From an uncultured Planctomycetota bacterium (GTDB taxonomy: Bacteria; Planctomycetota; Planctomycetia; Isosphaerales; Isosphaeraceae): DNA of 64,000 bases. The stretch lies in the NCBI GenBank assembly GCA_963737655.1, contig CAVTTN010000002.1, positions 5,888,001 to 5,952,000 on the forward strand, given 5' to 3'. The position numbers and the translations under genes were made by a program. Below the pieces are notes generated by a model. The model had not been told where the DNA came from. It did not search any database and worked only from the letters and a program-made list of their open reading frames with translations. Shown piece by piece: positions 1 to 8,377 of this stretch (its first letter is position 1; each line of letters starts with the position of its first letter).

Positions 1-689
1 TCCTGACCTGGTACGGGGATGCCCGGTGGGGCGAGAACCATGTCTCGCATCACAAGATGCCCGACGACGATAGCGTCGCGTTCTGGGCCGACCTGGCGAC
101 GGCCTTCGCCCACCAACCGGCCGTCCTTTTCGGCCTCTACAACGAGCCATGGGGCGTCCCCTGGCAAGTCTGGCGCAACGGCGGCACGGTCACGGAAGGG
201 AACGATAAGGTCCCCGGTGACAGGCGCGAGTACCACACCCCCGGCCTGCAAAAGCTCGTCGACGTCTGCCGCTCCAAGGGGGCACGGAACCTGATCGTCG
301 CCGGCGGCCTGGATTGGGCCTACGACCTGACCGGCATCGCCGAGGGGTTTGCCCTGAAAGACCCGAAGGGGCACGGCGTGGTGTACGATACACACATGTA
401 TTCCGGGAAAAAATGGCACATGCGCAATGGCAAGAAGGATTGGGAATGGGACCGCGTGGTGCTGTCAGGGGGCGGGAAGTATCCGGTCATCATCGGCGAG
501 TTCGGCGACGACGCGGCGGAATTCAATGCGAAGGTCCTGGAGTTCGCCGCCGAGCACGATCTCCCCTGGATCGCATGGAGTTTCCACCCCAGCGCCAAAC
601 CCTGCCTGATCAAGGACTGGAACTACGTGCCGACGAACATCGGCCGGCAGGTGAAGGACGCCCTTAAAAAGGCACCCGGCACGAGGTGA
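1..689 (+). CDS. Glycoside hydrolase family 5 (cellulase-like), 5'-truncated by window edge
   Basis: Frame open from window start; GH5 acid/base motif LYNEP, YDTHMY, nucleophile motif PVIIGEFG, WIAWSF. Confidence 0.85.
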   Translation, partial: LTWYGDARWGENHVSHHKMPDDDSVAFWADLATAFAHQPAVLFGLYNEPWGVPWQVWRNGGTVTEGNDKVPGDRREYHTPGLQKLVDVCRSKGARNLIVAGGLDWAYDLTGIAEGFALKDPKGHGVVYDTHMYSGKKWHMRNGKKDWEWDRVVLSGGGKYPVIIGEFGDDAAEFNAKVLEFAAEHDLPWIAWSFHPSAKPCLIKDWNYVPTNIGRQVKDALKKAPGTR

Positions 690-785
690 GCCGAAGGGAC
701 GAAGTTCGGGCCGTTGACGCGGGAAGAGGGGACGGCGGGAAATGGGGACGGCGGGAATTACGAGGTTACTGTATCGTCCAAGATC

Positions 786-885
786 GCCTAACCTCGCGCA
801 GCCGCGGACCCCGCACCGCCGCGGCGCTTTCTGTGTTATCATCGCCTTCTCGGCGGTGCGGGTCCGCTGAGCTTGGTCGTTAGGC
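786..885 (+). repeat. attC-like integron cassette recombination site 1
   Basis: Starts GCCTAAC (RYYYAAC), ends GTTAGGC (GTTRRRY); imperfect inverted arms gcggaccccgcaccgccg / cggcggtgcgggtccgc; 100 bp. Confidence 0.85.
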
Positions 886-891
886 GGCTCG

Positions 892-1521
892 ATGCCGAAT
901 CAAATCTCCCACCCCATTCCCTCGACGGGAGGCGTTCTCTTCCCCGAGGATCTGGCTGACCTGGGCGGCCGGCTTGTCGCCGGTCGGGCCGAGTTGATTT
1001 CGTTGCGCGGCGATCGCGGCGTAGGTTGCCTCACCTCTGTCGAGAGCCGACTGACTTGGCTTGATGACTTCGAGATCTTTGTCTTTCAAGTCCTTGCGGA
1101 TGGAACTCGGAAGGCTATCCGCAAGGCCACGAGTGAGGACTTTGAGGAGTTTCGTGATCCGATCCGGATTCAGGGCGAGGGGGTTCCGATCTGCATCTGG
1201 CTCGATCCGGTAAACCCGGGCTATTGGCCCAAGATCGAGCTGCACGACGGTCAAGAAGTCCTCATCGGTAGAGGTCCTCACTGCCATGTCGTCCTCACTG
1301 TAGACACCGTCGGGAAAACGCACTGCTCCATCTCGCATCGCGATGGTGTCACGGTGGTCGAGGATTTTGGCACGAGGTACGGGGTTTCCGTGAATGGCCT
1401 GCGCATCGATCGGGCGAGTCTCGCCCCGGGCGACCTGGTCGGGATCGGCGGGGTCGAAGTCGGGGTCGGCGGGGTAGAATATGTCGTGCGAGGACGCCAC
1501 AACGAACTGGCCGACGCCTAA
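892..1521 (+). CDS. Cassette ORF, C-terminal FHA domain protein
   Basis: LIGRGPHCHVVL...VGKTHCSI...VEDFGTRYGVSVNG FHA-like motifs; stop TAA lies inside the GCCTAAC of the next attC. Confidence 0.7.
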   Translation: MPNQISHPIPSTGGVLFPEDLADLGGRLVAGRAELISLRGDRGVGCLTSVESRLTWLDDFEIFVFQVLADGTRKAIRKATSEDFEEFRDPIRIQGEGVPICIWLDPVNPGYWPKIELHDGQEVLIGRGPHCHVVLTVDTVGKTHCSISHRDGVTVVEDFGTRYGVSVNGLRIDRASLAPGDLVGIGGVEVGVGGVEYVVRGRHNELADA

Positions 1522-1615
1522 CCTCGCGCAGCCGCGGACCCCGCACCGCCGCGGCGCTTTCTGTGTTATCATCGCCTTCTCGGCGGTGCGGGTCCACTGA
1601 GCTTATGCGTTAGAC
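1516..1615 (+). repeat. attC-like site 2
   Basis: GCCTAAC...GTTAGAC, 100 bp, nearly identical to site 1. Confidence 0.85.
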
Positions 1616-1633
1616 GGCTCGTTCGGAGGCGTT

Positions 1634-1999
1634 ATGATCCAGGGCTTACGGACGGCCATCTACCCCGTCGGGGACATCATCGAAGGCAGGTCGTGGTATC
1701 GCCGCGTGCTCGACTGCGAGCCCTACTTTGATGAGCCGTTCTACGTCGGGTTCTCGGTCGGCGGGTTCGAATTGGGGCTGGTCCCCGACGGCGTACCGAG
1801 CCCCGACGGCGTCCATGCCTTCTGGGGCGTTCCGAACGCGGCGGCGGAACTGGACCGCCTCGCGGGACTCGGGGCCGTCGTCTAGGAGCCGGTCAAGGAC
1901 GTCGGGGGAGGCATCAAGGTGGCGTCCGTGAAGGACCCGTTCGGGAATGTCTTCGGAGTCATCGAGAACCCGCACTTCGACCCCAAGGAAGTGCGATAA
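1634..1999 (+). pseudogene. Cassette ORF, VOC/glyoxalase family, internal TAG at 1883-1885
   Basis: GLRTAIYPVGD...WYRRVL...ELGLVP then in-frame after TAG: EPVKDVGGGIKVASVKDPFGNVFGVIENP. Confidence 0.8.
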
Positions 2000-2003
2000 C
2001 GCC

Positions 2004-2103
2004 GCCTGACCTCGCGCAGCCGCGGACCCCGCACCGCCGCCGAGCTCACCCTGAGATCAAGCTTCACTCGGCGGTGCGGGTTTGCTGAGCTCCGTCGTTA
2101 GGC
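2004..2103 (+). repeat. attC-like site 3 (variant R'' GCCTGAC)
   Basis: GCCTGAC...GTTAGGC, 100 bp, same arms as sites 1-2 with a different central loop. Confidence 0.8.
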
Positions 2104-2122
2104 GGCTCTGTTCGGAGGCGGT

Positions 2123-2653
2123 ATGGGGGCGGCGATCGCCTTTGTGACGTGCCTAGCGTGCTCCCTCGTCCTGATCCCTGTCCACGAGTTGGGCCACTAC
2201 CTGGCGGGCTGGGCGGCGGGGCTTCCGCGGCACGATATGCGCATCAGGCTGCTGGCCTTCCCCCAGTTCGTCGCCCTGCGGCACGAGGGGGCGTGGGCAT
2301 CGCCGAGGGAGCATGGGGAGGACTACGCCGCGATGTGCCAGCATCCGACCACCCCAGGGCGGATCTTCCTCTTCACGGCGGGTGGCTTCCTGCTCGAAAC
2401 CGCACTCGCCGCAACCTTCGGCGGCGTGGCGCTATCGCTGGGCTATCCCGGGCTGACCCTGGTGATCGTCGGGATGTCGCTCGGCATGAACGCCGTCTAT
2501 GTCCTCGTGATGGACCTGCCCTGGGCCTTGAAATTCGGCCACCCGTGCGGTGATATGACGGGGCTTTGGTGGACGGCGAAGCTGCCCGCTACGATCCTGG
2601 CCGCCGCTCTGCTGGGCATTCGGGGCGGCCTCCTCTTGCGGGCGATCGGTTAG
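2123..2653 (+). CDS. Cassette ORF, membrane protein with HExxH (M50 peptidase-like); 3' end created by IS insertion
   Basis: HELGH motif after hydrophobic helix, several TM segments; stop TAG lies in the IS66 IR. Confidence 0.65.
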   Translation: MGAAIAFVTCLACSLVLIPVHELGHYLAGWAAGLPRHDMRIRLLAFPQFVALRHEGAWASPREHGEDYAAMCQHPTTPGRIFLFTAGGFLLETALAATFGGVALSLGYPGLTLVIVGMSLGMNAVYVLVMDLPWALKFGHPCGDMTGLWWTAKLPATILAAALLGIRGGLLLRAIG

Positions 2654-2907
2654 CGTCCGAGATTCCCAGTTGCCGCGCGGTGTGGCTGAATCGGGTTGGT
2701 CGTTCACGAGCGGAGATGGCTTCCTTGACCGCATTCCGATGCGCATGTGCACTCTAATCGCGTTCGGCCTGACGCCAAGACCATGGGCATGTCCTTGGAC
2801 GACCTGGCTCATTGCTTTGGCTGATCGGCCCGAGTTCGCTTGGTCATGGCCAGCGGTTTGAACGCCTTTGTCAACGCACGTGTTCATTTCTAGGGCGGGA
2901 GCTATCC

Positions 2908-3606
2908 ATGAACCTCTACGTCGGCACCAGTGGCTATTCGTGCAAGCCCTGGAAGGGCACGTCTTATCCCGAGGATCTGCCGGTTTGGCAGATGCTCCGC
3001 TTTTACGGCGAGCGGTTTCGTACGGTCGAGATCAACAGCACGTTCTACGGCATGCCCAAGGTTTCGATCCTGGAGGGCTGGGCAGGCGCGGTCCCCACCG
3101 ATTTCCAATTCGTGCTCAAGGCGCCCAAGGAGATCACGCATGTGCGGAAGCTCCACGACGCGGGCGATTTGGTGTCGCGATGGCTCGAAGTCGCCGGAGC
3201 CTTGTCAGAGCATCAGGGGCCGATGTTGTTCCAATTGCCGCCGACGTCGAAGAAGGACATGCCGCGGCTGCGTGCGTTTCTTGCGCTGCTGCGATCGCAT
3301 CGGGGCGTGGCGTTCGAGTTCCGTCATCCGTCGCGGTTCGACGACGAGGTCCTGGGACTGCTTCGCGATCATCGCGCGGCCCTCTGCGTCGCCGATGCCG
3401 AGGGTGAGCTCGACGTTCCCTGGGTGGCGACCGCGGATTGGGGCTATCTGCGGTTGCGGCGGCCCGACTACGGCGACGCGGAACTGAAGACCTGGGTGAA
3501 GCGGGTCCAGGGACAAGGCTGGGGGAGTGCGTTCGTGTTCATCAAGCACGAGGATGAAGGCAAGGGGCCACGGCTGGCGCGGCGATTCATGGAGCTGGCC
3601 GCGTAG
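2908..3606 (+). CDS. DUF72 (YecE-like) protein
   Basis: YVGTSGYS, TVEINSTFY, FVLKAPKEITH, LFQLPP, AFEFRHPS, YLRLRR, FVFIKHE. Confidence 0.9.
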   Translation: MNLYVGTSGYSCKPWKGTSYPEDLPVWQMLRFYGERFRTVEINSTFYGMPKVSILEGWAGAVPTDFQFVLKAPKEITHVRKLHDAGDLVSRWLEVAGALSEHQGPMLFQLPPTSKKDMPRLRAFLALLRSHRGVAFEFRHPSRFDDEVLGLLRDHRAALCVADAEGELDVPWVATADWGYLRLRRPDYGDAELKTWVKRVQGQGWGSAFVFIKHEDEGKGPRLARRFMELAA

Positions 3607-3629
3607 GGCGTCCGTTTGGACTCGAGGTG

Positions 3630-3750
3630 CCCGAGTTGGTTCCTGGGCAAAGGCGGTGATCACCAAGCCGGAAAGCCCATCGAAGCCCTTGCGGAGATCG
3701 GTGGCCGGAGTGTGGAGGAACACGCGGACGGAATGAGGCAGGCTGATCAT
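3630..3750 (-). pseudogene. tnpB: IS66 TnpB accessory protein, 3'-truncated (lower coordinate approximate)
   Basis: MISLPHSVRVFLHTPATDLRKGFDGLSGLV; start overlaps tnpA stop. Confidence 0.8.
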
Positions 3751-4115
3751 CGCGAGCCTCCGTGGTCGGTTTTGGCCCGTGCCACGGCGCGGACGAGGCG
3801 GCAGGCCAAGCGGGCGTTCGCGGTGGGGATCCGAAGGCGGATTCCATTGGGAAGGTCGGCCTCGATGGGCACCGGCCCAGCAACGGTAAGGTCCGAGACA
3901 CGAACAGCGACCGGGACGAGAACCGGCGGCACGGGCACGGTGCGACAACGATCCGCCAGTTCGACGAGCCGAAGGCGGCGTTTCCAAGAATGAAACGAAG
4001 CCACCGAGAGCCGTTCCTGGTCGCAGAACCGACCGATCGTCAAACCGCTGACGCCTTGCCGGCGAACGCGATCGCGCCAAAGCCCATGGAGCTCAAGGTT
4101 GGGGGTTCTCGCCAA
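3747..4115 (-). CDS. tnpA: IS66 TnpA accessory protein
   Basis: WRDRVRRQGVSGLTIGRFCDQERLSVASFHSWKRRL HTH; IEADLPNGIRLRI. Confidence 0.85.
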   Translation of the reverse strand: MARTPNLELHGLWRDRVRRQGVSGLTIGRFCDQERLSVASFHSWKRRLRLVELADRCRTVPVPPVLVPVAVRVSDLTVAGPVPIEADLPNGIRLRIPTANARLACRLVRAVARAKTDHGGSR

Positions 4116-4204
4116 GGAGTGGACTCCTGAGAAGGGACGTACGGATCCGCCTCCCAGGCGAACAGACCCCGCAAGGATGGTTATCTCGGACGCTTACGGC
4201 GATC

Positions 4205-4304
4205 GCCCAACCCGGCGCTGCAGCGGACCCCACCCGGCGCGACGGTTTGTGCTACGATCGAAGGTCGCTCGGGCGGGCGGGTTCGCGGAGCTTTGGCGGT
4301 AGCG
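4205..4304 (+). repeat. attC-like site 4 (degenerate R' GGTAGCG)
   Basis: GCCCAAC...gctgcagcggacccc...gggttcgcggagc...GGTAGCG; 100 bp like the others; begins at the last base of the IS66 target duplication. Confidence 0.65.
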
Positions 4305-4315
4305 GTAGGAGGCGT

Positions 4316-4777
4316 ATGCGACGCTTCATCATACGGCGGCTTGCGGTCGCGGCGATCGGCCTCTTCGTGGCCGCCGTCGCCCTGCTCGCCGCATCGTTTC
4401 ACCCCGATTGGCCGTCGCACCCCCTTCAACTCGCCCACGACCGATGGGGCAACGGCATCGCCTACGTGCAAGTCGCGGGCGGGCGCGCCAGCCTCTTCAG
4501 CGAGATCGACTTCGACTCGGCCGACTCTCCCAAACCTTATGTCGCCAACCCTCGAACCATCGTCGCGCCGAAGGTGACGAAGCACTATCAGTTCGCTCTC
4601 CCGGGGTTGAACTTCCAGTTCTGCCGGTTCGCCGAAGGGCCGCCGACCTGGTCGCTCGGCCTCTCGTTGGCGATCCCCGCAGGCCTCTCGCTGATCGTCG
4701 CCCTTTTTCTCATCCGTCGATTGCGAGGCCGTCGGCCGCGGGATACCGTGGCCCACGACGGGGCCGCCTCTTCGTGA
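4316..4777 (+). CDS. Cassette ORF, hypothetical membrane protein (2 TM)
   Basis: AGGAGG RBS just after attC4; N- and C-terminal hydrophobic helices. Confidence 0.6.
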   Translation: MRRFIIRRLAVAAIGLFVAAVALLAASFHPDWPSHPLQLAHDRWGNGIAYVQVAGGRASLFSEIDFDSADSPKPYVANPRTIVAPKVTKHYQFALPGLNFQFCRFAEGPPTWSLGLSLAIPAGLSLIVALFLIRRLRGRRPRDTVAHDGAASS

Positions 4778-5145
4778 ACTCTTTGGCTGGGAACGGCCAT
4801 CGACGCGCGACACTACCCCAACCCCAGGCTTTGTGGCCGGGCAGCGGCGAGGTCCGGGTAGCAAACCGACGGATTCAAGAGCGGCGGACGAGGCGCGGGC
4901 CGAGAGGGGAGTCGGTTACGCTTGCAGTCTCTTCGACGGGAACATCCCCGCGAGTCGGCTCGCGGGGCGTCGCCAATGACCGGATCACGACCTCTCGGGC
5001 CAGGCTAACCTACGGGCAGGGAGCACCAAGGTGGAGACGGCCGGGAGGCCCGCGCCACACTCAGGCTACGCCGCGCCGGGTCGGCGGGCAAGTCGTCCCC
5101 GACCCCCGTTCACGCCCCGTCGGGAGCGGACGAAGGCCGCAGGAT

Positions 5146-5246
5146 GGTTAACCTCGCGCTGCAGCGGGCCCCGAACCGCCGCGGTGCCCGTGCTTCGAGT
5201 CGAAGTTTGCTCGGCGGTGCGTGGCCGCTGAGCTTGGTCGTTAGGC
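5146..5246 (+). repeat. attC-like site 5
   Basis: GGTTAAC...ctcgcgctgcagcgggcc...ggccgctgagcttggtcGTTAGGC, 101 bp. Confidence 0.8.
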
Positions 5247-5261
5247 CACGGGGGCATTCGC

Positions 5262-5744
5262 ATGGACTACGTTGTCCGCCTCGAACAGCTCGGCAGTGTT
5301 CCGCTTGCGGTGGTGCGCCGTCGCGCGGCGCGTGATGAACTCTCCAAGGTCGTCCCGGAGGGCTGCGGGACCGTGTGGAATGCCCTCCGGTCGCGGCGCG
5401 TGCCCGGAGCGGGTCGGCATGTCGCGGTCTACCTGGACGATCAAATCCACCTTGAAGTGGGCGTCGAGCTGGACGCCCCGTTCGCCGGGTCGGGCGAGGT
5501 CGTCGGCTCGGCAACCCCATCCGGCGCCGTGGCCACGACGACCCATTACGGGCCTTACGGGCGACTCAACGAAGCCCATGAGGCCCTTCGTCTCTGGTGC
5601 GAGGACCATGGGTATGCGTTGGCCGGCCCGAATTGGGAGGTCTACGGTCACTGGAAGGAGGAATGGGACGGCGAGCCGTCAAGAATCACCACCGAGGTCC
5701 ACTACCTGCTCGCCGCGGGCGGGGATTCGGCCGCCTCTCCGTGA
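5262..5744 (+). CDS. Cassette ORF, GyrI-like small-molecule-binding protein
   Basis: LAVVRRRAARDEL...VATTTHYGPYGRLNEAHEALRLWC...GPNWEVY. Confidence 0.8.
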   Translation: MDYVVRLEQLGSVPLAVVRRRAARDELSKVVPEGCGTVWNALRSRRVPGAGRHVAVYLDDQIHLEVGVELDAPFAGSGEVVGSATPSGAVATTTHYGPYGRLNEAHEALRLWCEDHGYALAGPNWEVYGHWKEEWDGEPSRITTEVHYLLAAGGDSAASP

Positions 5745-5819
5745 ACCGGGCACGGATTTGTGCCTTCAGGGATTGATGATGTGTTCGAGTGATGGAGGAT
5801 CGGCATCGGGTGGGCCGGA

Positions 5820-7118
5820 TCAGCTCGCCGCCTTCCGCCCCAGGGCCACGCTCAGGGCGATCCATGCCAGGCAGAGGGGCACCACCAGGGCCATCCCGGC
5901 CGACCCGGGCAGCGCGGCCAGGGGGGCGTAGATCCAGGCCCCGAGGGCGTCTCCGGCCCGGTAGACGGCCGTGTCGATGAGCGTCTTGGCCCCGAGCCCG
6001 CTGCCTCGGCGGGCCGAGGCGTAGAGGATCTCCCGGGTCGGCCGGGCGACCGCGTAATCGGTGGCCCTCCGGGCGACCTGGAACGCCAGGAGGACGCCGA
6101 GCGAGGGCCTGGCCCCCAGCGCCACGAAGCCGATCAGGGTGACCATCGGCAGGAGGGCCGCCGAGCCTCCCACCCCCAGGGTCGCGAGGATTCGGCCGGT
6201 CAGCAACACCTGGACGGCCAGCCCCGCGAGGTTCACCAGCAAGTCGATCCGGGCGAAGAACGCGGTGCGGTCGGCCGGGTCGGCGAACGTGGCCTCGACG
6301 ATCCGGGCCTGCTCCAGATAGACGCATGCGGACGTGATCGTGAACAAGAAGACGTTCCCCGCCAGGCCCATCAGGAAGGGCGAGGCGAGCGTTCGCCCCG
6401 GGCGGCCGGGACTTGGAGGGATCGGCTCGGGGCGCTCGGCCCCGCCGTCGCGGACGGCCCTCCTCGCCGCGAACAGGGCGATTTCGAGGAACGCGATGGC
6501 CGCGATCAGGAGGTTCATCGGGCCGACCCGGGGCGCCAGGCCCGCCGCGACCGCCGACCCGCAGATCGCGCCGAGCGTCCCCCCGGCGGCGAGGAACCCG
6601 AAGAGACGGCGGGCCTGGTCGGGCCGGAACCTCGCCGCCATCGCCCCCCAGACGACCGACACCACGAACAGGTTGTAGACGCTCGCCCAGACGAAGAACG
6701 ACCGCGCCACCCACGGCATGATGGTCGCCGGCAGGAGCCTCGGCACGACGAGGAAAAGGAGCAGATTCGCCTGCAAGAGCCGGTAGAGCGGGCGGAGCGA
6801 CGGCCTCCCGTCCTTCTTCCCTAGCCGCGAGGCCACGGCGGCGACGGCCAGCATCGCCACGAGCGTCCCGAGGAACATCCCCGGCAGGTTCTTGACCCCG
6901 CCGGCCACCCCCATCTCGTCGCGGACCGGCCGGATCGCGTAATTGCCGGCGAGGAGGCCGAAGAAGTCCAGGAACGACCAGAGGAGGGTGGGGATTTCGT
7001 CGTCGCGGACGTCCACCAGCCGCTTCAAGGCCCGCGAGACCGTCGCCGGCACGCCTGACGTCGCCATGCCTCGCGATCGGGAGGGCGGCCCATCGACGGA
7101 TCGGCCCATTTCAGGCAC
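5820..7118 (-). CDS. MFS transporter, ADP/ATP-carrier (TLC)-like (start may be 7067)
   Basis: YAIRPVRDEMG, FFVWASVYNLFVVSVVW, QARRLFG, YAVARPTREILY, AKTLIDTAVYRAGDA. Confidence 0.8.
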   Translation of the reverse strand: MPEMGRSVDGPPSRSRGMATSGVPATVSRALKRLVDVRDDEIPTLLWSFLDFFGLLAGNYAIRPVRDEMGVAGGVKNLPGMFLGTLVAMLAVAAVASRLGKKDGRPSLRPLYRLLQANLLLFLVVPRLLPATIMPWVARSFFVWASVYNLFVVSVVWGAMAARFRPDQARRLFGFLAAGGTLGAICGSAVAAGLAPRVGPMNLLIAAIAFLEIALFAARRAVRDGGAERPEPIPPSPGRPGRTLASPFLMGLAGNVFLFTITSACVYLEQARIVEATFADPADRTAFFARIDLLVNLAGLAVQVLLTGRILATLGVGGSAALLPMVTLIGFVALGARPSLGVLLAFQVARRATDYAVARPTREILYASARRGSGLGAKTLIDTAVYRAGDALGAWIYAPLAALPGSAGMALVVPLCLAWIALSVALGRKAAS

Positions 7119-8220
7119 CCGACTTGAGCTTTGCCAGCAGGATCGCCTCGCGGTCGGGCTTCAGGCCGGCGCGGAGCCTGGATTGGCGTTCCTCGGGCAG
7201 CGTCCTGAACCATTCGAGCGTGGCCTTCGCCGTGTCGAGGATCGGCCGGAACGTCAGGCCCGCTTTCGTCGCCCGGGCGTTGGAGACCTTGTGGAAGCCG
7301 AGCGAATCGCCCCGGGCCGGCACCCAGACCGGCATGTCGCTCCAGGGCTGGACCTTGTTCTCGTCCAGGAATGCGGGCGACGCCCAGACGAACTTCGCGT
7401 CGCTCCCGGAGGCCTCCTTGCAGGCGTCGAGCATCGCGCCCATCGTCAAGGGATGCTCGGGCGACGGGCCGGTGGCGTTGAAGACGCCGGTGGCGTTCGC
7501 CTCGATCAGCTTGACGAGGAACTCGCCGAGGTCGCGGACGTCGATCAACTGGACCTGGTCGGCCGGAGTCCCCGGGGCGAGGACGTCGCCCCCCTTCGCG
7601 ACCCTCGCCGGCCAGTAGGTGAAGCGGTCGCTGGGGTCGTCGGGGCCGACGATCAGGCCGGGGCGGACGACCGCCACCTTGCCCGGCATCGCCTTCTCGG
7701 CGGCCTGTTCCGACAGCGCCTTGAGGGGCCCGAAGGTCCGGCCGTCGATGGTCTCGGTCGCCGTGTCCTCGATCGTGCCGACCTTCGCCGTCTCGTCGGT
7801 CCCGGGCTTGCTTGTGTCGGCATAGACCGAAATCGAAGAGATGTAGACGTACTGGCCCAGGTTCGGCGCCAGGAGTTCGGCCGAGGCGCGGACGATCCTC
7901 GGGACGTTGCCCGAGGTGTCCACGGCGGCGTCCCACTTGCGTCCTTCGAGGGCCTTGAGGTCGCCGTCGCGGTCGCCCCGGAGCTTCTCCACGCCGGGGA
8001 AGAGGTCGGGCCGGGTCTTCCCCCGGTTGAAGAGGGTCACCGAATGCCCGCGCTTCATCGCGAATTCGACGACCTGGGGGCCGAGGAAGCCGGTCCCGCC
8101 GAGCATCAGGATGGACTTCTTCGCGGGCTTCCCGGCCGGCTCGTCGGCGATCAGCGAGGCCGCCCCGAGGGCCATCGGGGCGGCGGCGAAGGTCCGCAGG
8201 AAGGTTCGTCGGGAGGCCAT
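7111..8220 (-). CDS. NAD-dependent epimerase/dehydratase with Tat signal
   Basis: SRRTFL Tat motif; LGGTGFLG Rossmann; YISSISVY; VVRPGLIVGP. Confidence 0.9.
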   Translation of the reverse strand: MASRRTFLRTFAAAPMALGAASLIADEPAGKPAKKSILMLGGTGFLGPQVVEFAMKRGHSVTLFNRGKTRPDLFPGVEKLRGDRDGDLKALEGRKWDAAVDTSGNVPRIVRASAELLAPNLGQYVYISSISVYADTSKPGTDETAKVGTIEDTATETIDGRTFGPLKALSEQAAEKAMPGKVAVVRPGLIVGPDDPSDRFTYWPARVAKGGDVLAPGTPADQVQLIDVRDLGEFLVKLIEANATGVFNATGPSPEHPLTMGAMLDACKEASGSDAKFVWASPAFLDENKVQPWSDMPVWVPARGDSLGFHKVSNARATKAGLTFRPILDTAKATLEWFRTLPEERQSRLRAGLKPDREAILLAKLKSGA

Positions 8221-8377
8221 CGCGGTTCCTCTTCCTCAACCCGAGGAGAATTCGAAGGTCCGGGTCTCGATGAGGATAGTGCCGCGGCGCCCGGTTTTCT
8301 TACGATTTTCTCCGGATCGCCCCGGATTTGCTCCCGAAAGGGGGCCGGCGCCCCGGCCCCTTCTCCGGCGAATCCGA

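Larger units (their letters stand above)
2649..4197 (-). mobile_element. Non-autonomous IS66-family derivative carrying a DUF72 gene
   Basis: Terminal IRs GTTAGCGTCCGAGATTCCCA (2649-2668) and GTAAGCGTCCGAGATAACCA (rc of 4178-4197), 17/20 match; perfect 8-bp direct repeat GGCGATCG at 2641-2648 and 4198-4205; tnpA plus truncated tnpB, no tnpC. Confidence 0.88.

Noticed and set aside
1883..1885. Pyrrolysine or amber recoding
   Set aside because: Single instance, no pyl genes, and TAG is used as a normal stop elsewhere in the window
786..5246. CRISPR array or REP interpretation of the ~100-bp repeats
   Set aside because: Repeats are too long, are separated by whole ORFs and carry attC R boxes; no cas genes
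5740..5800. Sixth attC after the GyrI-like cassette
   Set aside because: Only a GTGAAC hint; no arms or GTTRRRY at the expected distance
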